DNA of 64,000 nt. It comes from Candidatus Thiopontia autotrophica. GTDB taxonomy: Bacteria > Pseudomonadota > Gammaproteobacteria > GCF-002020875. Positions 1-10,818 of the stretch are shown here, in pieces; within the stretch, counting starts at the first letter, position 1; each line of letters begins with the position of its first letter. The translations under genes were made by a program, and so were the position numbers. A model generated the notes under the pieces. The model had not been told where the DNA came from, did no database searches, and saw only the letters and a list, made by a program, of their open reading frames with translations. Location: assembly GCA_014384675.1 (NCBI GenBank), contig JACNFK010000027.1:966-64965 (forward strand), read 5' to 3'.

Positions 1-703
1 GCTGCACATCCTCTTTTTGGTGAATTCCACTCTCCGTAACCACTATTGTCCGTTGCGGAATCTGATCCAACAGCCCCAACGTGGTTTGAAGTGAGGTTTC
101 AAAAGTTCGGAGATTACGATTATTTATCCCCATCAACGGCAGTTTTAGAGGAAGCGCACGCTTCAGTTCGACCTGATCATGCACCTCAACCAGAACATCC
201 ATGCCTAACTCATGTGCCAATCCTGACAGATCAGCCATCTGTCCATCCTCAAGTACTGCAACAATCAACAAGATACAGTCTGCACCTATAGCCCTGGCCT
301 CATAGACCTGATAGGGATCAATAATGAAATCCTTACGGATCACCGGAAGACTACAGGCTTCACGTGCCTCAATAAGGTAATCCTCATGACCCTGAAAAAA
401 ATCACGATCAGTCAGAATAGATATACATGCCGCCCCGCCCCTCTCATAACTCTTTGCGATTTCTGATGGAATAAAGTTTTCACGTAGCAACCCCTTACTT
501 GGAGATGCTTTCTTGATCTCGGCGATAACTGCTGGATTACCGACAGCAATCTTGCGACGCATGGATTCGACAAACCCACGTACACCAGATGCATCAGCTG
601 CACGCAAAATTAGCTCTTCTGTCCCGATCTTTCTTGAACGTGACGCTATCTCCTCGTTTTTGCGGCAAATTATCTTTTTAAGGATATCTGGAGCATCACT
701 CAT
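1..703 (-). CDS. trpC: Indole-3-glycerol phosphate synthase, 3' end cut by window edge (absent from ORF track)
   Basis: Manual minus-strand translation from ATG 703-701: [19 protein letters not shown]...[18 protein letters not shown]...[10 protein letters not shown]...[28 protein letters not shown]...[14 protein letters not shown]. These are IGPS-type motifs. It lies 12 nt downstream of trpD on the same strand. Confidence 0.9.
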   Translation of the reverse strand, partial: MSDAPDILKKIICRKNEEIASRSRKIGTEELILRAADASGVRGFVESMRRKIAVGNPAVIAEIKKASPSKGLLRENFIPSEIAKSYERGGAACISILTDRDFFQGHEDYLIEAREACSLPVIRKDFIIDPYQVYEARAIGADCILLIVAVLEDGQMADLSGLAHELGMDVLVEVHDQVELKRALPLKLPLMGINNRNLRTFETSLQTTLGLLDQIPQRTIVVTESGIHQKEDVQ

Positions 704-715
704 GACTGAACCATA

Positions 716-1732
716 CTACTGCTGTTGAGAGCAGCTAACCAACCCGTCTAGCTTGGCCCTTGCCTCCCCACTGGCAATCACCTGCTGCGCCTGTTTAACC
801 CCATCCTCCAGTGAACCAGCCAGCCCGGCAACATATATAGCGGCCCCGGCATTAAGTGCAACAATATCACTGGCAGCGCCACTCTCGCCATCCAGTACAC
901 TCTGTACAACAGCAAGGCTCTCGCTAGCGTTCTTCACTGAAAGCGACTCAAGCGGTGAGCTATCCATATCAAATTGATCCGGTGTAATAGTATAAGTACT
1001 AACCTCACCATCCTTTAGCTCTGCCACCTCTGTTGCCCCGTTAATAGTAATCTCATCCAATCCATCACTACCATGAACCACCATAACATGGCGACTTCCA
1101 AGCTGCTTCAGCACCTGGGCTAATGGCTCCACCCATGCTGCATCAAAGACACCAATAACCTGATTTGGAGCCCCTGCCGGATTGGTAAGCGGGCCCAGAA
1201 GATTAAATACGGTACGTACAGCCATCTCCTTGCGCGGACCAATTGCATGCTTCATCGCACTGTGATGCATAGGCGCAAACATAAAGCCAACTCCAATCTC
1301 ATTAATACAGTTTGCTACCTGGTCAGGAGAGAGATCAAGCCTGACCCCTGCCTCCTCCAGCAGATCTGCACTACCTGAACTACTGGAGATAGAACGATTT
1401 CCATGTTTGGCAACCTGGCCACCTGCCGCTGCAATTACAAATGTAGAGGCTGTTGAGATATTGAATGTTTTTGCGCCATCCCCTCCAGTTCCTGCAGTAT
1501 CAACCATATAATCTCCAGAGACTGCTACTGGCGTTGCCAGTTCACGCATAACCGAGGCTGCGGCACTGATCTCATCAACCGTCTCCCCCTTCATTCGTAG
1601 ACCAACCAGGAAACCTCCAATCTGTGCCTGAGTTGCCTCACCAGTCATGATTGCCTGCATCACCGACTGCATCTCCTCACGACTGAGGTTTCTACCATCG
1701 ATTACTGCCTGAATAGCTGCCTGAATCTCCAT
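716..1732 (-). CDS. trpD: Anthranilate phosphoribosyltransferase
   Basis: 338 aa with DTAGTGGDG and NLLGPLTNP motifs. It lies between trpG and trpC. Confidence 0.95.
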   Translation of the reverse strand: MEIQAAIQAVIDGRNLSREEMQSVMQAIMTGEATQAQIGGFLVGLRMKGETVDEISAAASVMRELATPVAVSGDYMVDTAGTGGDGAKTFNISTASTFVIAAAGGQVAKHGNRSISSSSGSADLLEEAGVRLDLSPDQVANCINEIGVGFMFAPMHHSAMKHAIGPRKEMAVRTVFNLLGPLTNPAGAPNQVIGVFDAAWVEPLAQVLKQLGSRHVMVVHGSDGLDEITINGATEVAELKDGEVSTYTITPDQFDMDSSPLESLSVKNASESLAVVQSVLDGESGAASDIVALNAGAAIYVAGLAGSLEDGVKQAQQVIASGEARAKLDGLVSCSQQQ

Positions 1733-1771
1733 CTTCTTCGTTACCCTTTATTTATAATTTTGAATTCATAT

Positions 1772-2350
1772 CTACCGATCTAAAAAATTCTTCAATAGAG
1801 CATGCCCCTCTGCGGTCAAAATTGACTCGGGGTGAAACTGGACACCCTCAATATCCAGCTCCCTATGACGAACCCCCATAATTTCATCCATCGAACCATC
1901 ACTATTCTCTGTCCATGCCGTAACCTCAAACAGATCGGGCAGACTATCCTTGTCAATCACCAACGAGTGGTAACGAGTTGCCTCCATAGGGTTGGAAAGA
2001 CCCTTGAATACACCACTATCATTATGGTGAATCATCGAGGTCTTGCCATGCATGATTTCACCAGCATGAACAATCTTCCCTCCGAATGCCTGACCAATGG
2101 TTTGGTGCCCAAGACATACTCCAAGAATAGGGAGCTCTCCAGACATCATATTTACTACATCAAGCGAAATCCCCGCCTCATTCGGCGTGCATGGGCCGGG
2201 AGAGAGCACAATCTTTTCAGGTGCCAGCTCCCGTATCTGATCAAGTGTAATCTGATCATTTCGGTGTACCTCAACCTCTGCCCCAAGTTCACCAAAATAT
2301 TGAACCAGGTTATAGGTAAAGGAGTCATAATTGTCGATCATCAAAAGCAT
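1772..2350 (-). CDS. trpG: Anthranilate synthase component II (glutamine amidotransferase)
   Basis: [19 protein letters not shown]..., GVCLGHQ catalytic Cys motif, and HPES near the C-terminus. The ORF-track start at 2356 is TTG. ATG at 2350 gives the canonical N-terminus. Confidence 0.93.
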   Translation of the reverse strand: MLLMIDNYDSFTYNLVQYFGELGAEVEVHRNDQITLDQIRELAPEKIVLSPGPCTPNEAGISLDVVNMMSGELPILGVCLGHQTIGQAFGGKIVHAGEIMHGKTSMIHHNDSGVFKGLSNPMEATRYHSLVIDKDSLPDLFEVTAWTENSDGSMDEIMGVRHRELDIEGVQFHPESILTAEGHALLKNFLDR

Positions 2351-2391
2351 CGACAAATCTTATCAAACCCTAATAGCTGCCGCTAAACAAT

Positions 2392-2847
2392 CTACCTTTT
2401 TCTCAAGAACTTGCTTAATATCCTGTCCAGCTGATTTGCAAATGCCTGTCTGTCATTCTGGTTTAGAGCAGATGGGCCACCAGTATCGATGCCGCTGGAC
2501 CTCAAAGTATCCATGAAATCCCTCATCCCCAGTCGTGCCTTTATATTACTGGCGGTATAAAGCTCGCCTCGAGGACTTAGTGCCTCTCCCCCCTTCTCAA
2601 TCACATCAGCGGCCAGAGGGATATCAGCGGTAACAACAAGATCACCCTCACTCATTCTCTTGACGATCTCGTTATCAGCCACATCAAACCCGGAGGCGAC
2701 TCGAAGAAAACTGATATATAACGACCTCGGTATGCGTATTGACTGATTTGCCACCAATGTCATCTCCAATTTTGTACGTTCCGCTGCCCGAAAAAGGATA
2801 TCCTTGATAACCACAGGACAAGCATCTGCATCCACCCATATCTTCAT
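2392..2847 (-). CDS. YaiI/YqxD family protein (UPF0178/DUF188)
   Basis: 151 aa, [11 protein letters not shown]... N-terminus typical of the YaiI family. Confidence 0.8.
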   Translation of the reverse strand: MKIWVDADACPVVIKDILFRAAERTKLEMTLVANQSIRIPRSLYISFLRVASGFDVADNEIVKRMSEGDLVVTADIPLAADVIEKGGEALSPRGELYTASNIKARLGMRDFMDTLRSSGIDTGGPSALNQNDRQAFANQLDRILSKFLRKR

Positions 2848-2863
2848 CAGGCCAGTTTACACC

Positions 2864-4243
2864 ATGACCAGCACCAAATTCTCAGCACTACCTATCTCCA
2901 AATCCATACTACACAACCTTGAAGGGATCGGTCTAAAACAGATGACCCCTATACAGTCCCAAGCCTTGCCCCATATCCTGAAAAATCGTGATGTCATTGC
3001 TCAGGCAAAAACAGGCAGTGGCAAGACAGCAGCTTTTGGTATCGGCCTGTTAAACAGGCTAAATAGAAAAAACTTCAGAGTCCAATCCATAGTCATCTGC
3101 CCAACACGAGAATTGGCAGATCAGGTGGCCAAGGAGCTGCGTCGCCTGGCCCGCTTAACTGATAATGTAAAAATCTTGACCCTCTCTGGCGGGGTCCCAT
3201 TTGGGCCGCAACAGGGGTCTCTTCGTCATGGTGCCCATGTTGTGGTTGGTACACCTGGACGCATACTCAAACATATCGCTAAAAACTCACTCACCCTGGA
3301 TACACTCGAGACTCTGGTGCTTGACGAGGCTGACCGCATGCTGGACATGGGCTTTATTGAAGAGATCAGCAAAATCATCTCTCATACCCCAGAAAGGCGT
3401 CAGACCCTGCTCTTCTCGGCAACCTATCCAGAGGAGATCATGGAGCTAAGCAATACCATACAAAAAAGTGCCATCCATATTCATACCACTTCCAGCGAGA
3501 AGGCCAACCCAATCACTGAATACTTCTATGAGGTCTCTCCAGACAACAAGGGCTCCGCACTGATTCAACTGCTATCCCACCATAAGCCAGATAGCGCCAT
3601 CATTTTCAGCAACACAAAAATTAAAACAGAGACTATTGCCAACACACTCCGTAACAAGGGGATAGCAGCTATGGCCCTTCATGGAGATCTGGAACAGTAT
3701 CAACGTACAGATGTACTGGTACAGTTCTCAAACCACAGCTGCTCTGTACTAATTGCAACTGATGTAGCTGCAAGAGGGCTGGATATCAAAGAGCTGGGGA
3801 TGGTTGTGAACTACGATCTGCCCCATGATGAAGAGACCTATATCCACCGTATTGGAAGAACCGGCCGTGCTGGTAGCGAAGGAGTGGCCACCACACTCTT
3901 CACTCCGAGTGAGGCCATGAAAGCTGATACCTATAACAATACAAATCGTCTTTTTGAAAACATCAAAACATCATCCGGTACTGACGTCACTAGCCTGACA
4001 TCAAAAAATCTAACCCTAATGGTTAATGGAGGCAAAAAAGAGAAAATACGACCAGGTGATCTTCTTGGAGCCCTGACAGGTGAAGCCGGAATTGCTGGAT
4101 CATCGGTAGGAAAAATTGACATTCACGACCACCAGAGTTACGTTGCCATTGCACGTGACTCAATCGATAAAGCCTGTTCACGCCTAAAAAATGGCAAGAT
4201 AAAGGGGCGTAAATTTTCTGTCAGGATATTGCCCCAAGCCTGA
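2864..4243 (+). CDS. dbpA: ATP-dependent DEAD-box RNA helicase DbpA-like
   Basis: AQAKTGSGKT, DEAD, SAT and [10 protein letters not shown] motifs, plus a C-terminal DbpA-type RNA-binding extension. The ORF-track TTG at 2804 overlaps yaiI. ATG at 2864 (MTSTKFSALP) is the likely start. Confidence 0.9.
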   Translation: MTSTKFSALPISKSILHNLEGIGLKQMTPIQSQALPHILKNRDVIAQAKTGSGKTAAFGIGLLNRLNRKNFRVQSIVICPTRELADQVAKELRRLARLTDNVKILTLSGGVPFGPQQGSLRHGAHVVVGTPGRILKHIAKNSLTLDTLETLVLDEADRMLDMGFIEEISKIISHTPERRQTLLFSATYPEEIMELSNTIQKSAIHIHTTSSEKANPITEYFYEVSPDNKGSALIQLLSHHKPDSAIIFSNTKIKTETIANTLRNKGIAAMALHGDLEQYQRTDVLVQFSNHSCSVLIATDVAARGLDIKELGMVVNYDLPHDEETYIHRIGRTGRAGSEGVATTLFTPSEAMKADTYNNTNRLFENIKTSSGTDVTSLTSKNLTLMVNGGKKEKIRPGDLLGALTGEAGIAGSSVGKIDIHDHQSYVAIARDSIDKACSRLKNGKIKGRKFSVRILPQA

Positions 4244-4319
4244 TATCCAGAATATTCCTGACCATCCTCAATAAAACTGTGCGACCATACGCATACCTAA
4301 ATTACAGCAAGGTTTTCTT

Positions 4320-4742
4320 ATGCCAAACAAATGTGGATTACTGCTCGTAGCAGTATTGATGACATCTTCAGCGATTGCTGATGACACACGCAATAGTGCA
4401 TTTGGTACTCAGGACCAATGGCAATCTCAAGTTGCTGATGATACATATGCTGACGAAACACAAGGCCCGTCAAAAGAGGAAATTATAGAATTTCTAGGCA
4501 AGAAATTGGTGCGCTCAATAGAGAAGACATCGTTGCTGGAACAGGAGATCCGCTGTGTTCAGCGTGCAAATAACGATGATGATTCGTTATCAAGATGTTA
4601 CGAAATTGCGCGCCAAAAAAGGCAGTACTACAAACAGAAACACGGGCTCAATAAGCCACGTCAAAGACGAAATCGCCAGGGGACCGGGGTAATGCCGAAC
4701 TTTGACGGCATGAGAATGGGAATGATGCCTACACCATGGTAG
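4320..4742 (+). CDS. Hypothetical secreted protein (signal peptide, two Cys, basic then Met-rich C-terminus)
   Basis: N-terminus MPNKCGLLLVAVLMTSSAIA looks like a signal peptide. C-terminus is RQRRNRQGTGVMPNFDGMRMGMMPTPW. No family recognised. Confidence 0.5.
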   Translation: MPNKCGLLLVAVLMTSSAIADDTRNSAFGTQDQWQSQVADDTYADETQGPSKEEIIEFLGKKLVRSIEKTSLLEQEIRCVQRANNDDDSLSRCYEIARQKRQYYKQKHGLNKPRQRRNRQGTGVMPNFDGMRMGMMPTPW

Positions 4743-4758
4743 GAATAGCAGACAACAA

Positions 4759-6045
4759 TTAACTCATTCTGTTTGGCCTGCTCCGAGAACCTCTTTTGGA
4801 TGCAGATGTTTGGCCTCTTCCTCTCCCTCTATTAGCCCGTTTTCCTGGGTGCTTGCGCCCCGCTTTTCCTCCTCCCCGGCCACTCTTGACAGGCTCCGCC
4901 TTTATTGATGGATCTACTTCATAACCTGGAATAACCTTTTTAGATATCTCCCGTTTCAGCAGTCGCTCAATATCTCTCAATAACCCATGCTCATCCACAC
5001 AAACCAGGGATGCCGCCTCACCCTCATTTCCAGCGCGCCCAGTTCGGCCAATACGGTGAACATAATCTTCCGGCACATTTGGTAGCTCAAAATTCACCAC
5101 ATGGGGCAGCTGGTCAATATCCAATCCACGGGCGGCAATATCTGTTGCCACCAGTACTCTGACATCCCCTCGTTTAAAGCCTGCCAGAGCCCTGGTACGA
5201 GCCCCCTGACTTTTATTGCCATGAATTGCGGACGCGGTCAGACCATCCTTTTCCAACTGCTTTGCCAACCTGTTGGCACCATGTTTGGTTCTGGTGAATA
5301 CCAGCACCTGACGCCAATTCTTGGAGCCAATCATATGTGATAAAAGTTCACGTTTACGTTTTTTGTCAACCGGATAGATAACCTGATCAACTGTCTCAGC
5401 TGTGGTATTTTGACGTGCAACCTCAATCAGCTCAGGATTGTTTAGCAGATCATTTGCCAACTGTTTAATCTTGTTTGAGTAGGTGGCCGAGAACAGTAGA
5501 TTCTGACGTTCACGAGGCATCAGTTTCAGCACTCTACGAATATCATGGATAAAACCCATATCCAGCATACGGTCAGCCTCGTCCAACACCAGGATCTCTA
5601 CATGAGAAAGGTCCACAGTTTTCTGTTGGGCATGATCAAGCAGACGCCCCGGTGTAGCAACCAGAACATCTACCCCATGACGTAATTTTTGGATCTGTGG
5701 ATTGATTTTTACTCCGCCAAAAATCACTGTGGAGCGCAGTGGCAAATGTCTTCCATAAGTCTCTATGCTCTCACCAACCTGAGCAGCCAGCTCTCTGGTG
5801 GGGGTCAACACCAGGGCACGTACGGGTCTTCTCCCTTTTCCCTGCGCATGTTTAAGCAGCAGCTCGAGCAGAGGCAGAGTAAAACCTGCTGTCTTACCAG
5901 TACCAGTCTGGGCACCAGCAAGAACATCCTTGCCTTGTAGTATTACCGGGATGGCCTGAAACTGAATTGGCGTTGGTTCACTATAGCCCTGTTCTGTTAC
6001 AGCACGCATGATTTCGGCCGACAGGCCGAGAGATTCAAAAGACAT
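4759..6045 (-). CDS. rhlE: ATP-dependent DEAD-box RNA helicase RhlE-like
   Basis: [15 protein letters not shown] and [10 protein letters not shown] motifs, with an Arg/Gly/Lys-rich C-terminal tail. Confidence 0.9.
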   Translation of the reverse strand: MSFESLGLSAEIMRAVTEQGYSEPTPIQFQAIPVILQGKDVLAGAQTGTGKTAGFTLPLLELLLKHAQGKGRRPVRALVLTPTRELAAQVGESIETYGRHLPLRSTVIFGGVKINPQIQKLRHGVDVLVATPGRLLDHAQQKTVDLSHVEILVLDEADRMLDMGFIHDIRRVLKLMPRERQNLLFSATYSNKIKQLANDLLNNPELIEVARQNTTAETVDQVIYPVDKKRKRELLSHMIGSKNWRQVLVFTRTKHGANRLAKQLEKDGLTASAIHGNKSQGARTRALAGFKRGDVRVLVATDIAARGLDIDQLPHVVNFELPNVPEDYVHRIGRTGRAGNEGEAASLVCVDEHGLLRDIERLLKREISKKVIPGYEVDPSIKAEPVKSGRGGGKAGRKHPGKRANRGRGRGQTSASKRGSRSRPNRMS

Positions 6046-6152
6046 GTTTTAAGGTTTTCCTTGGGAAATTACACTATTGGTAATTACAGGTATTAGATTA
6101 CCATCCAGACCATCATTAAAATGAATGCAATGGCAATGTAGATCAACACTCT

Positions 6153-7397
6153 CTATTCTACTATCTGGTTAATCACGAGTTTTATTGTATCGGTTTGACT
6201 GGTTGTGGTTTCAACTGTACCGACCAGGTCTCCTGACCCACCAGTTGCAACCCCGCTTTTTGAGACTTTTGCCCCAACCACAATCTGGTCTGCGGATGAC
6301 AGGTTATTGCTAGCTATCATGGCCATAGTGTCATCAAGCTGAATAGTTGTTGGGAGTGATGCAACTGTCAGACGCTGAGCCGCCAAGGGTGGCCCCTTTT
6401 TGCCCTGTGCCTTTGCATAAATAAAGACTACATCCTCTGCACTAACCATCTCCTGTAGAGACTGGTCAAGAGCGACTGCAACAGTCAAGACCGTACCTGC
6501 AGGCACTGCTACCAGTTTCAGCAGCGCTGTTTTCTCACGCCCCAACTGCTCCTGAGCCTCATACGCTGCCTCATTGATCATGTTTACAATTTCCGGATCA
6601 TCGGTAGGTGCGGTATTGGCCAGGCGCTCCCAAAAACCTAATGCCTTCTCATATTTACCAAGATCGAAATATGCGTGGCCAGAGATCCAGAGCGCATCTC
6701 TGTTGGTTGGATCAATATCCAGAGCTCTAGTAAGCTGGTCGACAGGTTTCCCCATCCAGGAACCACCATTACGTGTTGCCAGAGCCTCGCCATACTCCAT
6801 AAACAGCTGAGAGTCGACACTCTCACCCATCTTCTCTATTGCCCTCTCGTACACATTTACAATCTCCGAGTTGCGCCCCAGAACTTCGTACGATTTTGCC
6901 AACATCATCCAGCCCTCCGAGTTATCCGGATTCTGCTCCAGTTTTTTCTCCAACTGGGCAACTACATCCTCAAAGTTTTTTGTACTTTGCTGCTGTTGTG
7001 CTGATGCGGATGCCACTTTTACATTAATAGCCTCTGGGGCACCAATCTTCCCATAGATACCAAAAGCGATCAGGGGCACCAGCACTATGGCAATTAGTGC
7101 GCCGACACGCCCAGCAGAGCTGTTCTGCTCCACCTTGTGCTCTTCCCCTTCAAGATCTGCCAATAACTCTCTTTTCAGATCAGCCTCTGCCTGCTCAAAC
7201 TGTTCACTACTGATCTCACCACTCTCACGATCATCCTTTAGCTCCTCCAGACGCTGTTGGAAGATGGTTAAATTTGTCTCTCGTCGTGCTACTCCAACAG
7301 TTTTTCCTCTACCAAGCAGTGGAGGCAACAAGAAAAACAGGGCGATGGCAACCATTACAATGGAGCCTGACCAAAACATTACTTCACTACTCATCAT
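6153..7397 (-). CDS. ccmI: c-type cytochrome biogenesis protein CcmI (TPR-containing)
   Basis: N-terminal TM segments and TPR-like repeats. Its start overlaps the ccmH stop by 4 nt. Confidence 0.8.
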   Translation of the reverse strand: MMSSEVMFWSGSIVMVAIALFFLLPPLLGRGKTVGVARRETNLTIFQQRLEELKDDRESGEISSEQFEQAEADLKRELLADLEGEEHKVEQNSSAGRVGALIAIVLVPLIAFGIYGKIGAPEAINVKVASASAQQQQSTKNFEDVVAQLEKKLEQNPDNSEGWMMLAKSYEVLGRNSEIVNVYERAIEKMGESVDSQLFMEYGEALATRNGGSWMGKPVDQLTRALDIDPTNRDALWISGHAYFDLGKYEKALGFWERLANTAPTDDPEIVNMINEAAYEAQEQLGREKTALLKLVAVPAGTVLTVAVALDQSLQEMVSAEDVVFIYAKAQGKKGPPLAAQRLTVASLPTTIQLDDTMAMIASNNLSSADQIVVGAKVSKSGVATGGSGDLVGTVETTTSQTDTIKLVINQIVE

Positions 7398-7882
7398 TTC
7401 AACACCTCATCCAGCTGTTTCTGCTCGTCTGCACTTAAACTTGTCTCTTCTGCCACCTCTTCCGTAGCCACTTTACGTTGTCTGCGAACCTGCAACACCA
7501 ACATAACTCCACCAATCGGGACCAACAACAGTGGCAATCCCCATAATAGCCAGGTTCGTGAGTCAACTGCTGGACGATATAGCACAAAGTCACCATAACG
7601 AACCACAAACCACTCTCTGATCTCTGTGTCTGTCTTGCCTTGCTGTATCATCTCGTAAACCTTGGTTCGATGATCTCTGGCAAGATCTGCATTGGAGCCT
7701 GCAATATTTGTATTTTGACACTTCACACAACGAATCTCTTCAATCAAAGCTTTGTAGCGATCCTCTTCAGCCTGAGTATTAAACGAAAAACTATCAATTG
7801 GTGCTGCGTTTGTGGCTGTAGAAATAAGCAGCAGTGAGGCTGCCAAGACGGTCTTAACCATACTCCATAAATTCATTTTCAT
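7394..7882 (-). CDS. ccmH: Cytochrome c-type biogenesis protein CcmH
   Basis: Signal peptide, RCVKCQN (CXXC) motif, and a C-terminal TM segment. Confidence 0.88.
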   Translation of the reverse strand: MKMNLWSMVKTVLAASLLLISTATNAAPIDSFSFNTQAEEDRYKALIEEIRCVKCQNTNIAGSNADLARDHRTKVYEMIQQGKTDTEIREWFVVRYGDFVLYRPAVDSRTWLLWGLPLLLVPIGGVMLVLQVRRQRKVATEEVAEETSLSADEQKQLDEVLK

Positions 7883-7897
7883 AATTCTCCTCCTGGA

Positions 7898-8518
7898 TTA
7901 TCCCTTTGGCAAACACCTGCCATCCGCTGCTCTCATCTTGCGAATTATGGCCATTATATTACCCACATTATTTTTGACCTCTTGAGAGTTTTCCGGATTT
8001 GGATACTCGAGGTCATTGAGTGGCCCCGTAATACGTTCACAAATTCTCCCTTCCACATCAATTAGATAGGTCTCAGGTGCGCCAGTCACCGCCCACTCAA
8101 GACCAGCAATATTATCCCCATCATCTCCTGTCTTGTCGTATGGATTACCCAAAACGTCAAGCCAGCGTATTGCAGCAGCTCTGCTGCCACCAGACTCTTC
8201 TCTGTCTTTCCAGTTAATACTGTAGATAGGAACATCCTCGGTAGCTGCCAGACGCATCAGCACATCATGCTCTGCACGACATGCTGGGCACCAGGTCGCC
8301 CATACATTGAGAAGAGTTACCTGACCATTCAGGTCTGCTCGAGAAAAACGCTCCCCAGGAACGAGCAGGTCAGGCAGATCAAACTCTGGCGACAACTTGC
8401 CTATCATTGGGGAATCATCACTCTCGTGGCGTGGATTCAAGTAGAGCCCCACATAAAGGAGCACAAACAGAAGAACAATAATAGTGACGGGAAGTATTGC
8501 CCGTGAACGTGAAGCCAT
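7898..8518 (-). CDS. ccmG: Thiol:disulfide interchange protein DsbE/CcmG
   Basis: N-terminal membrane anchor, and WATWCPACRAEH thioredoxin motif typical of CcmG. Confidence 0.9.
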   Translation of the reverse strand: MASRSRAILPVTIIVLLFVLLYVGLYLNPRHESDDSPMIGKLSPEFDLPDLLVPGERFSRADLNGQVTLLNVWATWCPACRAEHDVLMRLAATEDVPIYSINWKDREESGGSRAAAIRWLDVLGNPYDKTGDDGDNIAGLEWAVTGAPETYLIDVEGRICERITGPLNDLEYPNPENSQEVKNNVGNIMAIIRKMRAADGRCLPKG

Positions 8519-8529
8519 CTCTAATTTCC

Positions 8530-9963
8530 TTAATATGACTGATCTTGAAACGAGGCAGTACCGGAAAGCTCTTCCGCTTTTCTGCGTCTGGCCCTGCGCA
8601 CTGCCGCATGAACCTGCTCTGGTGCCGTGCCTCCCCGATGGTTACGAGCAGCAACCGACCCTTCCAGAGTTAACACCTCAAATACATCTTCCTTGATGAC
8701 ATCAGAAAACTGCTGAAGTTCCGCCAATGTCATCTCTGCCAGATCTTTTCCTTGTTCGATACCATACCGAACCGCCTTGCCCACAATCTCGTGAGAATCG
8801 CGGAATGGAACACCCGCACGTACCACATAATCTGCCAGGTCTGTTGCTGTAGAAAAGCCCCGACCTGCTGCGTTGCGAGTATTCTCTATATTAACAACCA
8901 CTGTAGGCATCATGTCTGCGTAGACCTTAAGTGATCCCTTTAGAGTATCCACCGTATCAAACAGCGGCTCCTTGTCTTCCTGGTTATCCTTGTTATATGC
9001 CAGTGGCTGCCCCTTCATCAGGGTAAGCAGTCCGATCATATGACCATAAACCCGCCCGGTCTTGCCTCTTACCAACTCAGGAACATCAGGATTTTTCTTC
9101 TGCGGCATTATTGATGAGCCGGTACAGAAACTATCTGGCAATTCGATGAAGCTGAATAGGTCAGAGGTCCAGAGCACCAACTCCTCAGAAAAGCGTGATA
9201 GATGCATCATCAGCAGTGATGCAGCGGCGGTGAATTCAATAGAGAAATCACGATCACTTACCGCATCCAGCGAGTTTTCGGCAGGGGCATCAAAACCAAG
9301 CAATTTGGCCGTCATAAAACGATCTATCGGATAGGTTGTCCCTGCCAGGGCCGCAGCACCAAGAGGCATGACATTCACTCGTTTGCGACAATCAGTCAGT
9401 CTGCCATGATCACGGACCAGCATCTCGTGCCATGCCATCATGTGATGACCAAAGGTGATTGGCTGTGCCGTCTGCAGATGGGTAAAGCCGGGCATTATAG
9501 TCTCCGCCTCACGCTCAGCCAGTATCAGTAACCCCTCTTGCAGGCGGTCTATCTCTGCCAGAATGGCATCAATCTCATCTCGTAGCCAAAGACGAATATC
9601 TGTTGCAACCTGATCATTACGAGAACGTCCTGTATGCAGTTTTTTACCGACATCGCCAATCTTCTGGACCAATTTGGACTCGATATTCATATGCACATCT
9701 TCCAGAGCAATTGACCATTTGAAAGAGCCACTTCTAATCTCTTCAAGAATCTCTTCCAGACCCTCAATAATCTGATCACGCTCTTCAGCGGCAATAACAT
9801 CTACCTCAGCCAACATCCTGGCATGTGCAATTGATCCACGGATATCATAATCCGCCATACGCTGATCAAAGGTTACAGAAGCTGTAAATGCCTCAACAAA
9901 GAGATCTGTCGGCTCGGTAAAACGTCCTGTCCAGGGCTTTTCGGTTGTTTCTGGTTGTTCCAT
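8530..9963 (-). CDS. argH: Argininosuccinate lyase
   Basis: 477 aa with [17 protein letters not shown] and [12 protein letters not shown] (fumarate-lyase signature). Confidence 0.95.
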   Translation of the reverse strand: MEQPETTEKPWTGRFTEPTDLFVEAFTASVTFDQRMADYDIRGSIAHARMLAEVDVIAAEERDQIIEGLEEILEEIRSGSFKWSIALEDVHMNIESKLVQKIGDVGKKLHTGRSRNDQVATDIRLWLRDEIDAILAEIDRLQEGLLILAEREAETIMPGFTHLQTAQPITFGHHMMAWHEMLVRDHGRLTDCRKRVNVMPLGAAALAGTTYPIDRFMTAKLLGFDAPAENSLDAVSDRDFSIEFTAAASLLMMHLSRFSEELVLWTSDLFSFIELPDSFCTGSSIMPQKKNPDVPELVRGKTGRVYGHMIGLLTLMKGQPLAYNKDNQEDKEPLFDTVDTLKGSLKVYADMMPTVVVNIENTRNAAGRGFSTATDLADYVVRAGVPFRDSHEIVGKAVRYGIEQGKDLAEMTLAELQQFSDVIKEDVFEVLTLEGSVAARNHRGGTAPEQVHAAVRRARRRKAEELSGTASFQDQSY

Positions 9964-9987
9964 ATCTTAATTACTACTCTAATTTCT

Positions 9988-10518
9988 TTAGGGCAAAAGC
10001 CGTTTCATGGCATCCGTTGCTCTTACCAGAGATTCATCTATATAGGCACTGACAAAATCGCGCACCCCCAGACCAATCATCCTCTTCTGAACCTCTTTTC
10101 CCTTTCCATCAAGAAAGAGTAGGGTTGGTGTCACCCAGACCCCATAATCCTGACTCAGATCAGTTGGCGCTACAGACTCCCCAGAGAAACCAATGATATC
10201 GTCAAAACTGTCCAGATGAATCTTTCGTATCAGAACCTTGTCGTCATAATCCCGATTACGCAATAGCGGAACCAGATAATCTGACTCCATCACCATACAG
10301 TAAGGACACTCTTCCGCTGACACCATAAGCAGAAGCGGTACCTCTCGTTGTGTTGCAAGCTGGCCATCCCTCTGCAGGTTGGCGCTTACAATCACATGCT
10401 CCACAGCTTCCGGTGTGCCTGCTACAGCAACACTGCTCAATGAGCTCAGTATAAGTACGGATATGATGACTGTTCTGAATAAATCACCAAAAAACTGCTT
10501 GTCCATCTGTAGAGACAT
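9988..10518 (-). CDS. Periplasmic thioredoxin-fold protein (CPYC motif)
   Basis: Signal/anchor segment followed by SAEECPYCMVME. It lies 24 nt upstream of argH on the same strand. Confidence 0.65.
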   Translation of the reverse strand: MSLQMDKQFFGDLFRTVIISVLILSSLSSVAVAGTPEAVEHVIVSANLQRDGQLATQREVPLLLMVSAEECPYCMVMESDYLVPLLRNRDYDDKVLIRKIHLDSFDDIIGFSGESVAPTDLSQDYGVWVTPTLLFLDGKGKEVQKRMIGLGVRDFVSAYIDESLVRATDAMKRLLP

Positions 10519-10545
10519 CGCCTCCTCTTTCCTCTGTTACTATCG

Positions 10546-10702
10546 TTACGGAAGCTATGATTTAAGTCACTTCGTGACTCAATCAGAGTCTCCTTACAAA
10601 TTATCCTATGGGGGAAGGGTTATATTTCAGTACATTATAGTAGCACCTGTACAGACCTTCTCCAAAACCCCATCCCATTGGGCTTTTTCAGAGATTCCTT
10701 AC
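10546..10702 (+). mobile_element. MITE-like element copy A (149-bp body 10550-10698 plus TTAC/TTAC flanking direct repeats)
   Basis: Ends are GGAAGCTATGA ... TCAGAGATTCC (inverted). TTAC occurs at 10546-10549 and again at 10699-10702. It aligns along its full length with copies at 23007 and 45415. No ORF is conserved between copies. Confidence 0.8.
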
Positions 10703-10818
10703 CGCAGGCAATATTGATTACCCGCAGTGGTATACTCTCACGAATTCAAAAACTGAGTCATTGTACCCCCCACACTTCGGTAACCCAAAGAAAAACATAA
10801 ATAAAGAGAGATTCATCA

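Noticed and set aside
1832-2386. 184-aa plus-strand ORF antisense to trpG. The same class includes 15208-15750, 20432-20941, 38256-38681, 38531-38953, 51067-51534, 52044-52448, 52975-53391 and 59155-59580.
   Set aside because: All are contained in, and antisense or out of frame to, strongly supported conserved genes. None shows a family signature. They are treated as shadow ORFs.
6087-6110. GGTAAT...ATTACC 6-bp inverted repeat in the ccmI-rhlE spacer.
   Set aside because: The stem is short and AT-rich with a 12-nt loop and no U-tract, and no second copy was seen. It is probably fortuitous.
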